Below, one piece after another: positions 1 through 10,290 of a stretch of 64,000 nucleotides of DNA (positions are counted from its first letter, which is position 1; each line of letters opens with the position of its first letter). A program made the position numbers and the translations under genes. The notes under the pieces are model-generated. The model was not told the origin of the DNA. It ran no database searches and was given only the letters and a program-made list of their open reading frames with translations. The DNA is from Acidobacteriota bacterium (GTDB lineage: Bacteria; Acidobacteriota; UBA6911; RPQK01; CBDAPI01), in NCBI GenBank assembly GCA_965249245.1, contig CBDFLV010000006.1, positions 1,927,628 to 1,991,627 of the forward strand, written 5' to 3'.

Positions 1-87
1 CCTGCCCTGCGCAGGATGGTTCGCGAAAGCTCGCTCGAGATCCGCCATCTGACCCAGAATCTTTTCGCTTCCCTGAAGAAGCACTAG
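1..87 (+). CDS. 3' end of an upstream gene (partial, unknown product)
   Basis: Frame 1 is open from the window edge (PALRRMVRESSLEIRHLTQNLFASLKKH) to TAG at 85-87. Confidence 0.4.
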   Translation, partial: PALRRMVRESSLEIRHLTQNLFASLKKH

Positions 88-94
88 CTTCTTG

Positions 95-117
95 TTGAAA
101 ATGACTGTCAATTTCAA
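95..117. promoter_or_regulatory. Fur-box-like operator
   Basis: TTGAAAATGAC-T-GTCAATTTCAA is an AT-rich 11-1-11 inverted repeat with one mismatch, about 45 bp upstream of an iron-type TonB receptor. Confidence 0.7.
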
Positions 118-160
118 TTAGACTTGCGGCGGCCGGATTTGAACCATCTGATTCATCCTT

Positions 161-2668
161 GTGAGCAACGGTGTTCAAGTGATCCAGCACAAGCTCAGTT
201 TCAATCTTCTGCCTCTCCTGTCGGTCCTTTTTTTCGTGTGCATGACCGGGATCGAGGCTCAAGACCGGACCCGGGTCCCGGGCCGAATCTCAGGAGCGGT
301 CATGGACCGGGACGGCGCTCCTCTCGTCAATGTGCTGGTTGCCCTGAAAGACCAGAACTCGCCTGACGGATCCGCCACCCGGACCGATCAACAGGGCTGC
401 TTTCACCTGGAAACAGAGCAGCTTTCCAGACTCCGGGTGGCCTTCCAGAAAGAGGGCTTCAGGAGCGTCTCGCGGGATCTTCTTGTGCCGGAAGGCGGAT
501 CCGTCCAGATGGAGATTGTGATGCTGGGATTGGCCGAGGCCGTTGTTCAGGAAAGGGTCATGGTCATTGGCGATGCCTCCGGGGTCGCTCGCCTGCCCGG
601 CTCGGCCCACTATCTGGATCGACTCGAAGGCGAGAACCTGGCCTTCGACGACATTCATCAGGTGCTGCGCCGGGTGCCCGGTGTCAACATTCAGGAGGAG
701 GAGGGATTTGGCCTGCGACCCAACATCGGGATCCGTGGTACCGGCTCCGAACGCAGCTCCAATATTACTCTGATGGAAGATGGAGTCTTGATCGCACCGG
801 CACCCTACGCTGCGCCTGCCGCCTACTACTTCCCGGTCACCGGGCGAATGAAAGCGGTCGAGGTGCGCAAGGGTTCCAGCCAGATCAAGTACGGACCGCG
901 CACCAACGGCGGCGCCCTGAACCTGATTTCGCGCGACATTCCCAGCCGCTTCGAAGTGAACGGAAGCCTCGGGGCAGGTGCCCATACAACGGGCAAGGCT
1001 CAACTCATGGCCGGCAATTCGAGCGCCAGTTTCGGGTGGCTGCTCCAGACCTACCAGCTTTCCACCAACGGGTTCAAGCAGCTCGACAGTGGGGGAAGCA
1101 CCGGCGTGAAGATCGGAGATTATCTGGCCAAAGTCCGTTTCAACAGTGACGCTTCGTCTTCTGTCTATCAGCAACTGGAACTGAAAGTGGGAAAAACTTC
1201 CCAGGAGTCCAGAGAAACTTACCTGGGCCTCACGGATGAAGATTTCGATCGGGATCCGCTGAGACGATACAGTGCCTCCCAGCGGGACCGTTTCGATTCG
1301 GACCACCAGCAGTACCAGCTGACCTATCTGCTGGCACCCTCCCAGAAGCTGGACATCACGACCTCCGCTTACAATAACGTTTTCCGCCGAAACTGGTACA
1401 AGCTCAATAGCGTCGCCGGATCGGACATCTCCGACGTCCTGGAGGACCCGGATGATTTTTCCAACGAACTGGCGGTTCTTAAAGGTGCCGATAGTCAGGA
1501 AGACGCACTGAAGGTGCGAGCCAACAACCGCCGCTACTACTCCCGGGGAATTCAATCGGTGGCCGGCCTCCGCCTGGACAGCGGCCGTTCCAGGAACCTC
1601 CTCGAAATCGGGTTCCGTTATCACCAGGATCAGGAAGATCGCTTCCAGCACGAAGATGGTTTCCAAATGCAGGAAGGTCACATGGTCTCCACCAGCTCGG
1701 GAGCTCCCGGAAGCCAATCCAACCGTATCGGGGATGCCACGGCCGTGGCGTTTTTTGCCCAGAACACAATGGAAAGAGGACGATGGAGCGTGACACCCGG
1801 ATTCCGGTTCGAAAAAATCAGGTTGCTCCGAACTGATTTTGCGGGCACCGACCCGGATCGCGAAACTCCCACAGCAACTCGCCAGAACAAAGTCTCGGTT
1901 TTCATTCCGGGAATCGGCTTCCGTTTCGACTGGCGTGCCGATTTACAGTTCTTTGGGGGCCTGCACAAGGGTTTCTCCCCTCCGGGAGCCGGTTCAGCGG
2001 AAGAGACGCGCGCCGAGATGAGCCTGAACTATGAAGGCGGTCTGCGCTGGACGGGACGCGGCCTCCACCTCGAAGCGGCCGGCTTTTTCAATGACTACAG
2101 CAATCTCCTGGGAACCGATTCGCTGGCTTCAGGAGGCACCGGCAAAGGGGATTCATTCAACGGCGGCCGGGCTCGTGTGTGTGGGGCGGAGGCTTCCGGC
2201 TCCTTCGATCTGTCGGCTTCTCGCCTGGGCGGAATTCGGCTTCCTTTGCGTTTTGCCTACACCTTGACACAGGGGCAGTTTCGACACGACTTCCACAGCG
2301 ACTTCCAACCCTGGGGCACGGTGCAGGAAGGAGATCATATTCCCTATCTGGCCCGGCACCAGCTCTTCACCGGGCTCTCCCTGGAGGCCTCCCGGTGGCG
2401 TCTCCATGTGGACACCAGCCTGGTCAGTCGCATGCGCACGCAAGCGGGCCAGGGAGCCATTCCCGAGCGCCAGAGCACCGACGCTCACCTGGTATTCGGC
2501 TTCTCTGCAGAATACGACCTGAAGGCCGAGAAACAGACGGCGACTCTTTTCGTAGCGGTACGAAACCTGACCGATCAAGCCTACATTGTGGCCCGAAGAC
2601 CGGCAGGCGTCCGCCCCGGATTGCCGCGGACTCTGATGGGTGGAATCAAGTTCAATATCGGGCGGTAA
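161..2668 (+). CDS. TonB-dependent receptor, FecA-like, with N-terminal carboxypeptidase-regulatory-like domain
   Basis: Signal peptide, plug motifs (LRRVPGVNIQEEEGFGLRPNIGIRG; VEVRKGSSQIKYGP) and C-terminal NLTDQAY..RPGLPRTLMGGIKFN. Confidence 0.92.
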   Translation: MSNGVQVIQHKLSFNLLPLLSVLFFVCMTGIEAQDRTRVPGRISGAVMDRDGAPLVNVLVALKDQNSPDGSATRTDQQGCFHLETEQLSRLRVAFQKEGFRSVSRDLLVPEGGSVQMEIVMLGLAEAVVQERVMVIGDASGVARLPGSAHYLDRLEGENLAFDDIHQVLRRVPGVNIQEEEGFGLRPNIGIRGTGSERSSNITLMEDGVLIAPAPYAAPAAYYFPVTGRMKAVEVRKGSSQIKYGPRTNGGALNLISRDIPSRFEVNGSLGAGAHTTGKAQLMAGNSSASFGWLLQTYQLSTNGFKQLDSGGSTGVKIGDYLAKVRFNSDASSSVYQQLELKVGKTSQESRETYLGLTDEDFDRDPLRRYSASQRDRFDSDHQQYQLTYLLAPSQKLDITTSAYNNVFRRNWYKLNSVAGSDISDVLEDPDDFSNELAVLKGADSQEDALKVRANNRRYYSRGIQSVAGLRLDSGRSRNLLEIGFRYHQDQEDRFQHEDGFQMQEGHMVSTSSGAPGSQSNRIGDATAVAFFAQNTMERGRWSVTPGFRFEKIRLLRTDFAGTDPDRETPTATRQNKVSVFIPGIGFRFDWRADLQFFGGLHKGFSPPGAGSAEETRAEMSLNYEGGLRWTGRGLHLEAAGFFNDYSNLLGTDSLASGGTGKGDSFNGGRARVCGAEASGSFDLSASRLGGIRLPLRFAYTLTQGQFRHDFHSDFQPWGTVQEGDHIPYLARHQLFTGLSLEASRWRLHVDTSLVSRMRTQAGQGAIPERQSTDAHLVFGFSAEYDLKAEKQTATLFVAVRNLTDQAYIVARRPAGVRPGLPRTLMGGIKFNIGR

Positions 2669-3290
2669 CTGAGGGCCGGAAGCCCGTAGTGTGGCTTTGT
2701 CAACTTAATCGGCGATCAGTGTAGTGGTCCAGCGATTTTTAGTCGCCTATTTGGGCTGGCAGCGTGGCCTGTAACAGCGATACGTCTCGTCTTGAAGAAT
2801 ATTAATCCGTTTCTTGGCAGTGGGCATTTCCAAAGTGTATCACTTTTGCATCACTCAATCAAAACGGCCTAGAGCGCCTGAAGACTCCGGCTTCAGCCGC
2901 CGCTCGGGTCTTTCCGACGGCCGCGGCCAGCCCGCTCGGGTTCCAGCGAGTTTGATCAGCATGTGGTCCGAAGTTCAGTTTCCCGCGATCACGGTGGGCA
3001 GCGCCGGGAGGCGCTACTCCTGCCTACGAGAGGTTTGGCTGAGTTTCGCCCCATTGCTATACTCAGGCCCTCCGTAATACATAACGTCCGAAGTAAGCAA
3101 AGTGTGATGGCCCCTGGAGGAGTGCTAGGCAGAGCGCTTTTGTTAAGAGCGCCGCTAGACAGCCTGTGGCCGTTCAACACATGTTGTGCATCTTCTCCGA
3201 GAGGACTACGTTGACTCGTCCATCCACCGAGCCGCGGAACGTGTCAACAACTTTGAGACACTTTGGTGAATAAATTACAGTAGCGTCATC

Positions 3291-4289
3291 TCAGGGGTCC
3301 TTCTTTTCGGGAGGGTTGATCCAAACCGCCTCTGGAAGAGCGGGAGGAACGGGTTTGCCATTGGGAAATCTCTCCTGGAAGAGTGCATGGGCGGCCTCCA
3401 GTGTTTGGGCTCGATTGCGACGTGTGGCGATGGCGGTGAGGTAGTGCACGTCCTCGGGAGTGTGCAGGCCGATACCCGAATGGCGATGGTCGCGGTTATA
3501 CCAATCGAAGAACTCCCGGCAAAAGGTTCTGGCTTGCTGGATGGTGCCGAATCGAGCCGGGAATTCGGGCCGGTACTTGAGGGTCTTGAATTGGGCCTCC
3601 GAGTAGGGATTGTCGTCACAGACGTGAGGCCGAGAGTGAGACTTGGTCACTCCCAGATCGGCCAGCAGCAAGGCCAGTGCCTTGGAACTCATCGACGACC
3701 CTCGATCAGCATGGAGGGTGAGATCTCCCGACACGATCGCCTGCTTGGAGTAGCTCTGGGCGATCAAAGCCTTGGCCAGGCGTGAGTTCTCCTGGGTGGC
3801 CACCATCCAGCCCACCACGTAGCGGCTGAAGATATCCAGAACCACATAGAGGTAGTAATAACTCCATTTGACGGGACCCTTGAGCTTGGTGATGTCCCAT
3901 GACCAACATTGGTTGGGGCCGGTGGCCAGGAGTTCTGGCTTGGCGTATTGGGGATGGCGGCGCTGGCGGCGACGCTCCTTGACTTCCAGACGTTGGGACA
4001 GAATGCGATACATGGTTCGGATCGAGCACAAGTATCGCCCTTCATCCAGTAGCTCCGCCCACACTGTGGCGGGAGCTTTGTCGACAAACCGCTGGCTGTG
4101 CAGGACCTCCACGACAGCTTCCTTCTCGGGCGGGCTCAAGGCGCGTGGGGATGCGGGCCGAGGTCGAGGATCCATCGCCGGCCGTTCCCGCCGAAGTTTC
4201 TCCCGATACAGACTGGATGGCGGCAGATCCAGAGCCTGACAGCCGGCCCGGACTCCGTGGGATTGTGAGAATCGCAAAGCTTCGTCCAT
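3291..4289 (-). CDS. IS3-family transposase OrfB (DDE/rve)
   Basis: Motifs WSWDITKL, LDIFSRYVVGW, HADRGS, DNPYSEAQFKTLK, YNRDHRHSGIG. Confidence 0.93.
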   Translation of the reverse strand: MDEALRFSQSHGVRAGCQALDLPPSSLYREKLRRERPAMDPRPRPASPRALSPPEKEAVVEVLHSQRFVDKAPATVWAELLDEGRYLCSIRTMYRILSQRLEVKERRRQRRHPQYAKPELLATGPNQCWSWDITKLKGPVKWSYYYLYVVLDIFSRYVVGWMVATQENSRLAKALIAQSYSKQAIVSGDLTLHADRGSSMSSKALALLLADLGVTKSHSRPHVCDDNPYSEAQFKTLKYRPEFPARFGTIQQARTFCREFFDWYNRDHRHSGIGLHTPEDVHYLTAIATRRNRAQTLEAAHALFQERFPNGKPVPPALPEAVWINPPEKKDP

Positions 4290-4789
4290 CAGCTCTCGTC
4301 TCCGTTCTCTTCGCTGCTCGCCAGAGAGATCCCCAACAGTTGCGAGACTTTTTTTTGGAGATCCAGCATGGCTTCAAACTTCTCGAGCTTGCGCTTCAAC
4401 TTCCGATTCTCGGCCTGAACTTGCCTCAATTGATGATCCAGAGGATTGACCGGCTTGGACTTGCGCCCCCGCTTGCGAGGAGTCAGCGCCTGCAGCGTTC
4501 CTTCCTCGCGTTGTCGTCGCCAGGTCTGAAGATTCGACCAGTAAAGTCCTTCTCGGCGCAGCAAGGCTCCCACTCCGCCCGACTCTTCACATCCATCGGC
4601 CTGCTCCAGGATCCGGAGCTTATAGCGGGCTGAAAATCGGCGACGCGTGGCCTTGCTGGGAACTTCCGGATCGGGTCTAGGAAGAACCCTGTCGGGCTCA
4701 GTCCGTTCCGCACCGATTTTGGGGACCTCTCCGCTTCGCTCCGAAGTCTCCAAAATCCTCAGTTTCTTATCGCTCCTGTTTACCATCAT
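4289..4789 (-). CDS. IS3-family transposase OrfA (HTH)
   Basis: RRRFSARYKLRIL..GALLRREGLY plus a coiled coil ending LQKKVSQLLG. Its TGA overlaps the orfB ATG. Confidence 0.88.
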   Translation of the reverse strand: MMVNRSDKKLRILETSERSGEVPKIGAERTEPDRVLPRPDPEVPSKATRRRFSARYKLRILEQADGCEESGGVGALLRREGLYWSNLQTWRRQREEGTLQALTPRKRGRKSKPVNPLDHQLRQVQAENRKLKRKLEKFEAMLDLQKKVSQLLGISLASSEENGDES

Positions 4790-4858
4790 CGTGTGATCCA
4801 GCTTCTCACCCTCTAGTCTAATTTAGTGGGGAAGAAGTGTCTCACCCATGTTGGCACA

Positions 4859-5445
4859 GAGGGCCGCTTGTGCTGGAGAATCGGCACACCGAAGAACGCT
4901 TGGAGCTTCGGCGAATTGCGAAAGGCGGTGAGGTCTGGCTGGAGCTTCGTGGCTCGTTGCCCCCACATCGCGAGGGTCCACCCCTGCACATCCACTTCTT
5001 GGAAGACGAGGGAGGCAGGGTCACGTCCGGCACACTCTCCGCGGTTGTGGATGGTCAGCGCATCGATGCGGGACCGGGCGAGAGCTTGGCTTTTCCTAAG
5101 GGAACGGCGCATCGTTGGTGGAACGAGGGCGATGAGGTCCTCGTGTTTGAAGGATGGGCACGTCCTGTGGTCGATCTCGATCGCTACCTCGATGCGGTTT
5201 TCGAGGTCGTCAACGCCGGTCCGTCCGGACGCCCTTCCCTTTTCTATATGTCCCATCTCACACTTCGGCATCGCCAGACGCAGGCAGTCCTGTTTATGCG
5301 GCCTATCCAAGCCGTGTTGTTCCGTGCCGTGGTGCTCCTCGGGACCATCCTCGGCCGGTATCGGGGTACCGATTGGCCGGGTTGCCCCACCCGATGTCTG
5401 GGGGCACCAGTGGTCCAAGCGGAGCTCTCCACAGCGACATTCTAG
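4859..5445 (+). pseudogene. Cupin-domain protein, 5' end abutting or truncated by the IS3 element
   Basis: Cupin motifs GPPLHIH..EDE and PKGTAHRWWN. The ORF-track start at 4837 lies inside the IS inverted repeat. Confidence 0.7.
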
Positions 5446-5911
5446 ACTTTGGGTGTCGAGTTGCCGTCACTGAACAAAAGCTCTATCTGTCGGGGTGCCT
5501 CGGCGGTCATCGGTGATCTCAAGTTGCCGACGAGTGTAGCTGGTCCCGTGCGGATCGGCTGACCCGAGGGTGCGCCGGGCAGAGTTCGCGCTCGCAGGGG
5601 TCCCTTAGCCCGTTGAGAATTCTGGTCCTGATCAGGCAGCCTCTGATTCCTCTTCCCTTGGGCAGACTGAACAGTACATCATTCGGTTTAGTTCCAGCCA
5701 TGCCCTCCGGGAGGCAAGGCGTGCTTGCTGGAGTTCTCGCGGCACATGATCGTCCCTTCCCTAGTACATTTCATCGGGCGTTTGCCCACGAAATGCCGAG
5801 TGGGGAAGCCGCGAACCGGGCGAAGGCGCTTCCCCCTCCACCCAAGATCGCCGCTCCTGCGATTAGCACGTTCCCCAGGGCTCGGTGCGGCATGATCTGC
5901 TTTCGCCAAAA

Positions 5912-6022
5912 TCCAACCCCAGAAACGTGACTCTGTATGAGCGGCATGGCTTCGAGGTGCTGGGGGAGGTTCAGGTAGGGACGTCTCCTCCCTTCATTCC
6001 GATGGTGCGACCGGCGCGGTAA
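5912..6022 (+). pseudogene. C-terminal remnant of a GNAT N-acetyltransferase
   Basis: Translates to SNPRNVTLYERHGFEVLGEVQVGTSPPFIPMVRPAR*, the typical GNAT end motif. No N-terminal part is present. Not in the ORF track. Confidence 0.7.
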
Positions 6023-6073
6023 TTCGGGTCTGAGTTCGGAGGCCAGGAGCAAGGAACGGGGAATGTTTCCCGA

Positions 6074-9000
6074 TCAGTTCACAGGCGTCAGCACCTGTGC
6101 CCCCCAATTGGGCCCCCCGAAAACCATCACGATGTGTCCATTGTTGCTGATTCGGGCCGGGGCACCCAGGACCACGCCACGCGTGATAATCAAATCGTTC
6201 AGGGTGAATATCTTCCCGTCCACCCACAGCGAGGCAACGTCGAACGGACCGTTCCTCGTGGTGCCCACCGCGCCAAAGTCGGAAAAGTCGAAAACCCTGA
6301 AGCCCGGAATCTCCGTACTCAGCCCATCCTCCCAGAGCCAGGTCTTCCCCCCACCGGCCATGATCTGGCCGCGGTCGTTTAGAAAGAGTCGCGCAGGTTG
6401 GGCCGCCAGATCAGTCAGGGCTCGAGCCGACCCGGGGCCGTTCTCCCAGAACAGATAGGACCGGGGGTCCGAATCCTCATACCCGACAGCCTGGCCCAGT
6501 TCATTCAGATCCACCGCTTCCCCCCAGAACCCCCCCGGGGTTCCGAGTGGAGTCGGCCCGCCGCCGGAAATGATGTAGGGCTCGAACGTCGGGTCGCCAC
6601 TTTCGCAGTTCCCGAACAGTCCTCCGCCTACCGCCTGTCCCGCGTTATTGATATCCCAGACGGAAATCCCGCAGAGTTCATTCACCGAGGCCAGGTCGCT
6701 GAAGCTGCCGTTTTGCCAGATGACGACCCTGTCCTGAGTCGAGTGACCCGGTTCGTCCAGGAAGGCGACAATCTGACCGGAGTCGTTGATGGCCGATGGC
6801 CAGACCGTCCCGTCCGGATGTTCCAGCAGGTGAAGGCCCGCACCCTTGCCGTATGCCGGTTCAGGAAGCCAGAGGAGGCCCCCTGGTTCAACATTCCACG
6901 CTCCCACCCAGGCTCCGATATTGTTTACGTCGTTGACCCGGAAACCAAACAAGTCGTCGGGAAGCTCGATCTCCGTGACTGTATAGGCGAGAGTCTGTTC
7001 TTCATCAGGAACACCGAAAGCCAGTAGCACCCGCAATTGATCCTGCCCGCCGGTGGCTCTTGCGCTGAAGTCGAGCCTTTTCTGATCGCCCGAGATTGAA
7101 AAGGAGTCCGGCACCTCGTCGGAGGGCCCCCACAGACGTCCCTGTGTCCCGCTGTAGTCCGTAGTGGGGGAGCCCAGAAGGGCATCGGTTGCATCCAGCG
7201 TCTCCGTCTGGTTGATGACTCCCAGGATCTCATTATCAAAACGGACGAAGCCGGGATCCAGCACTCCACCCGCTGTTCCCGGTGGATCGTAGTGGAAAAA
7301 GTAACTGCGTATCCTCGATCCCAACGGGATCACTTTTCCCGTGTCCGGGGTCAGATCCTGAGTCAGCGTGAGGACTCTCTCCAGAAACACATGCACGTGA
7401 TCCGGATCCGTCAGATCTTCGTCCCCCACCGCCGGGGGCGGAGTGTTCAGCAGTTTTACATTCGACGAATAACCGACAATGCCGGTGAGAAGCTGATTAC
7501 CGGCCACCGGATTGATGGCATCACCCTCGTACAGGTCCATCGGCACCAGGGCCACCTGGCCCACCTGCTCGGTCACTTCACCCAGCAGGATTCCAGGCTG
7601 ATCGGGCAACACGCTGGCCGGGGCCCCTTCCTGCGAGGTGTCTCTAAGGGCCAGGTCCTGAATTCCCGGGGAGGACACCCACGGCTCGGGTCCGATCCTC
7701 GAGGTCAGTATCAATATCCGATCCGCTCCCCTTTCCGTGATCAGTAAGTGGAAACTCTCCCAGCAACTGATCCCGCTTCGGTACAAACCCAGCAACTGTC
7801 CCGGATCGGCCAGATCTTCGGCGACCGTGACCTCTGCTCCAGAGAGTCGCTCCACCTTGCGGACCTCTCCGCTGGCCCTGTCACTGACGTAAATATCTCC
7901 CGTACACCGGTCCACCGTCACTCCCGCCGGAGTCAACCCCTCGATCACGTTACCCAGTGGTCTGCGGGCCACTCCCGCCGGCGCTCCCGCCAGCCCCTGA
8001 TTCAACTCGGCCCCAGCCACTCTCGTCACTCGGTCTCTCTCCGCCACCAGCAGATCTCCGCTTACACTTACAGGATCCAGCACCAGCGACACCGGCTCAT
8101 CCAGCCCCGTCACCACCGTCGTCGTCTGCCCGGTCTCTGGATTCAGCCGGATCACTCTTCCCGTCGTCCTGGCTGCCAGCAGCAGATACTCCTTGTCATC
8201 AATTCCCTGAAAAGGAATCATCTTGGGGATGTCCTCTCCTGCAAACTGGGCCACCTGGGCCGGCAACCCTGCCGTCACATCAAAGATCGTCGAACTCTCA
8301 CTCACCCCGCCGGCCACGCTCTTGCCGGGCCCGGCTCCCAGACTCAACTCCGCCGTATACACTTTGGCCAGCCCGGACAGATAGGCCACCGACTGGACAA
8401 TCCCCAGATCTCCTGCCAGCACTTCCCGGCTCAAAACATCCGTCGAGGCCCCGGCCGTGTCTTCTCCGATCCGTGCCGTCACCACCACCGGCAGCGCTGT
8501 GGGGATCTGCGGCGGTGCCGTGTAGCGCCCTGTTGGATCTACCGTCCCCTGCAATGCTCCTCCTCCCTCTTCCCCGTTCACACTCCAGGTCGTCTCACCA
8601 TCCGGTCCCATCACCTCGAACTGCTGCATCCCCGCCACCGCCACAATCGCCAGCGGTGGACTCACTTCAATGGGCTCCGTAGCAGTCTCGACTTCAAACT
8701 CTTCCGGTGCCGGCGGCGGCGGTACATTCGAGAGCACTCTACCGTCCAGGTCCCCGAAGACGTTCGTCAGGAACACGGGCACATCACTCTTGATCAGAAT
8801 GAATCCCCCCGCCTGATCGGCTGCCGCCGGGATCATCTCCGTCAGGGTCCGGCTCAGTCTTTGCCCCGGGGCCAGCGTCGTCCGAAAGCTCCCAAGTACC
8901 GTCCCGTCCTGCTTCACCGCCACGATCTGGACATTCGCCACCAGTTTTCCACCATTGAGAATCGCCACTCCCGTGAAAAAGTTAGACGTCGTCGCTATGT

Positions 9001-10120
9001 GGGAAAACACCGCCGAGCGTGTCCCCGAGGCTACACTGGCCACCGAGGCAATCGATCCCAGGGTCGGTATCGAGTAGCTGATCGCTCCGTGAATTGCTTC
9101 CGACGTCGATTCCACTCGCAGCCATCCATCCAGGATCGACTCACCCGCGAACCCGAACATCTGCTCCAGATCCTCACGCAGGACCTCTCCTGCCTCCAGT
9201 ACCCGGGTCACTGGATTCATCTGCAGATCGCCCGCTCCAAACGGCACTCCATCCGGCTGATAGGCCGTAACCGTGAGAATCACCGGCTCTTCTTCGGCCA
9301 GGCTGACAACCACCAACTCGGTCTCGAACAGATCCAGTACGGCCAGTTGTGGGAAAAACAGACTGTTGAGCAACTCCGCAGCCGGTCGTGCGTTGAGTCC
9401 CAGCAGATCCGTCCCCGGCTGGACGAACTCAAACCCGGCCAGTTCCTGGTTCGACTCCACCAGTACATAGACCGGATCATCCGCCAGCACTCCTGCCGGG
9501 GCTGCCTGCTGGGAGAAAAACTCCTCCACGTCCAGCCGCGCTGCTCCCCGCGGCGGCAGGTCCAGCATCCTCGAGGCCGAATCCTCATTCGACACCAGCT
9601 TCACCTCGGCCGTAACGGCCTGACCGGTCGGGTTGATCAGGTTCAGCTCGGTGCTCTCCCCTTCCCCCACCCGGACATCACTGAAGATCAGTCGGGAAGA
9701 CAGAGACGGCAGATCGGCTCCGTCCAGAAAGCTGGAGGCCGTATCCAGGTACAAAAAGAATCCCGTCAACCCGTCCGTCTCACTCACCGCCTGAAACCAG
9801 GCCGCTTCCCCCAGTTCCGGTCCCGATCCAAACAGGGAGACCGTGATGGTTCCACTTTGCGTCCCCGCCTTGACTTCCAGGGCCACCGGGTTTTCAATCC
9901 CCTCTCCCTGCAGTAATCCACCCCCGGAGAGGTAAGCCGTCACCTCCACCTGGGCATCTTCTTCACCCAGGTTCACAATCGCCACTCCTGTGATCGTGTC
10001 TTTCTCAAACGTCAAAAAGGGAAAGTTCAGGATGCTGCGGGCCTCGAGTACCCCGACCGGCATTAGAAACAGACTCAGTAAACACAGACTGCCGCGCAGT
10101 AAGTCTTTCATTCGGTACAC
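6074..10120 (-). CDS. Large secreted multi-domain protein (repeated beta-sandwich domains, Ig-like, beta-propeller, C-terminal HAF-like repeats)
   Basis: 1348 aa with a signal peptide. Repeated TGVAI(V/L)N..A.V modules, WSVNG..GG...GTVD..G.YTAP Ig-like motif, and repeats INDSGQIV/INNAGQAVG/LNELGQAVG. Confidence 0.8.
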   Translation of the reverse strand: MYRMKDLLRGSLCLLSLFLMPVGVLEARSILNFPFLTFEKDTITGVAIVNLGEEDAQVEVTAYLSGGGLLQGEGIENPVALEVKAGTQSGTITVSLFGSGPELGEAAWFQAVSETDGLTGFFLYLDTASSFLDGADLPSLSSRLIFSDVRVGEGESTELNLINPTGQAVTAEVKLVSNEDSASRMLDLPPRGAARLDVEEFFSQQAAPAGVLADDPVYVLVESNQELAGFEFVQPGTDLLGLNARPAAELLNSLFFPQLAVLDLFETELVVVSLAEEEPVILTVTAYQPDGVPFGAGDLQMNPVTRVLEAGEVLREDLEQMFGFAGESILDGWLRVESTSEAIHGAISYSIPTLGSIASVASVASGTRSAVFSHIATTSNFFTGVAILNGGKLVANVQIVAVKQDGTVLGSFRTTLAPGQRLSRTLTEMIPAAADQAGGFILIKSDVPVFLTNVFGDLDGRVLSNVPPPPAPEEFEVETATEPIEVSPPLAIVAVAGMQQFEVMGPDGETTWSVNGEEGGGALQGTVDPTGRYTAPPQIPTALPVVVTARIGEDTAGASTDVLSREVLAGDLGIVQSVAYLSGLAKVYTAELSLGAGPGKSVAGGVSESSTIFDVTAGLPAQVAQFAGEDIPKMIPFQGIDDKEYLLLAARTTGRVIRLNPETGQTTTVVTGLDEPVSLVLDPVSVSGDLLVAERDRVTRVAGAELNQGLAGAPAGVARRPLGNVIEGLTPAGVTVDRCTGDIYVSDRASGEVRKVERLSGAEVTVAEDLADPGQLLGLYRSGISCWESFHLLITERGADRILILTSRIGPEPWVSSPGIQDLALRDTSQEGAPASVLPDQPGILLGEVTEQVGQVALVPMDLYEGDAINPVAGNQLLTGIVGYSSNVKLLNTPPPAVGDEDLTDPDHVHVFLERVLTLTQDLTPDTGKVIPLGSRIRSYFFHYDPPGTAGGVLDPGFVRFDNEILGVINQTETLDATDALLGSPTTDYSGTQGRLWGPSDEVPDSFSISGDQKRLDFSARATGGQDQLRVLLAFGVPDEEQTLAYTVTEIELPDDLFGFRVNDVNNIGAWVGAWNVEPGGLLWLPEPAYGKGAGLHLLEHPDGTVWPSAINDSGQIVAFLDEPGHSTQDRVVIWQNGSFSDLASVNELCGISVWDINNAGQAVGGGLFGNCESGDPTFEPYIISGGGPTPLGTPGGFWGEAVDLNELGQAVGYEDSDPRSYLFWENGPGSARALTDLAAQPARLFLNDRGQIMAGGGKTWLWEDGLSTEIPGFRVFDFSDFGAVGTTRNGPFDVASLWVDGKIFTLNDLIITRGVVLGAPARISNNGHIVMVFGGPNWGAQVLTPVN

Positions 10121-10232
10121 TGGTTTCCTCCCTCACTCGCTGCTTTGAAGTGGGAATCTCTTGTCCAGGGTAGTTTCTCGGGTTGAAAGTTGAAAGTTAA
10201 AGGTTAAAGTGGGATCGCCTCGATTGGCCGTG

Positions 10233-10290
10233 TGGAGTGCGGAAGTCTGACTCCCGCTCTTAAAAGCGGCACTCTAAGTGCCGCACTCCA
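10233..10290. repeat. REP-like palindromic doublet (GGAGTGCGG...CCGCACTCC type)
   Basis: TGGAGTGCGG...AAAGCGG...CCGCACTCCA, preceded by a GTTGAAA heptamer run (about 10182-10210). Confidence 0.7.

Larger units (their letters stand above)
3240..4858 (-). mobile_element. IS3-family insertion sequence
   Basis: orfA/orfB pair bounded by imperfect terminal IRs (CGTGTCAACAACTTTGAGACAC / GTGTCTCACCCATGTTGGCACA). An A8G slippery site lies at 4348-4356. No clear target duplication. Confidence 0.88.

Noticed and set aside
290-1717. 475-aa - strand ORF, and similar long antisense ORFs at 25468-26946, 35773-37023 and 47082-48209
   Set aside because: Each lies opposite a well-supported gene, as expected from high-GC codon bias.
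2670-3239. Lower-GC intergenic stretch, considered as ncRNA or element end
   Set aside because: No repeat partner, convincing ORF or recognisable RNA motif found.
7748-9916. 722-aa + strand ORF
   Set aside because: Antisense shadow of the 1348-aa gene; Arg/His/Gln-rich with no recognisable motifs.
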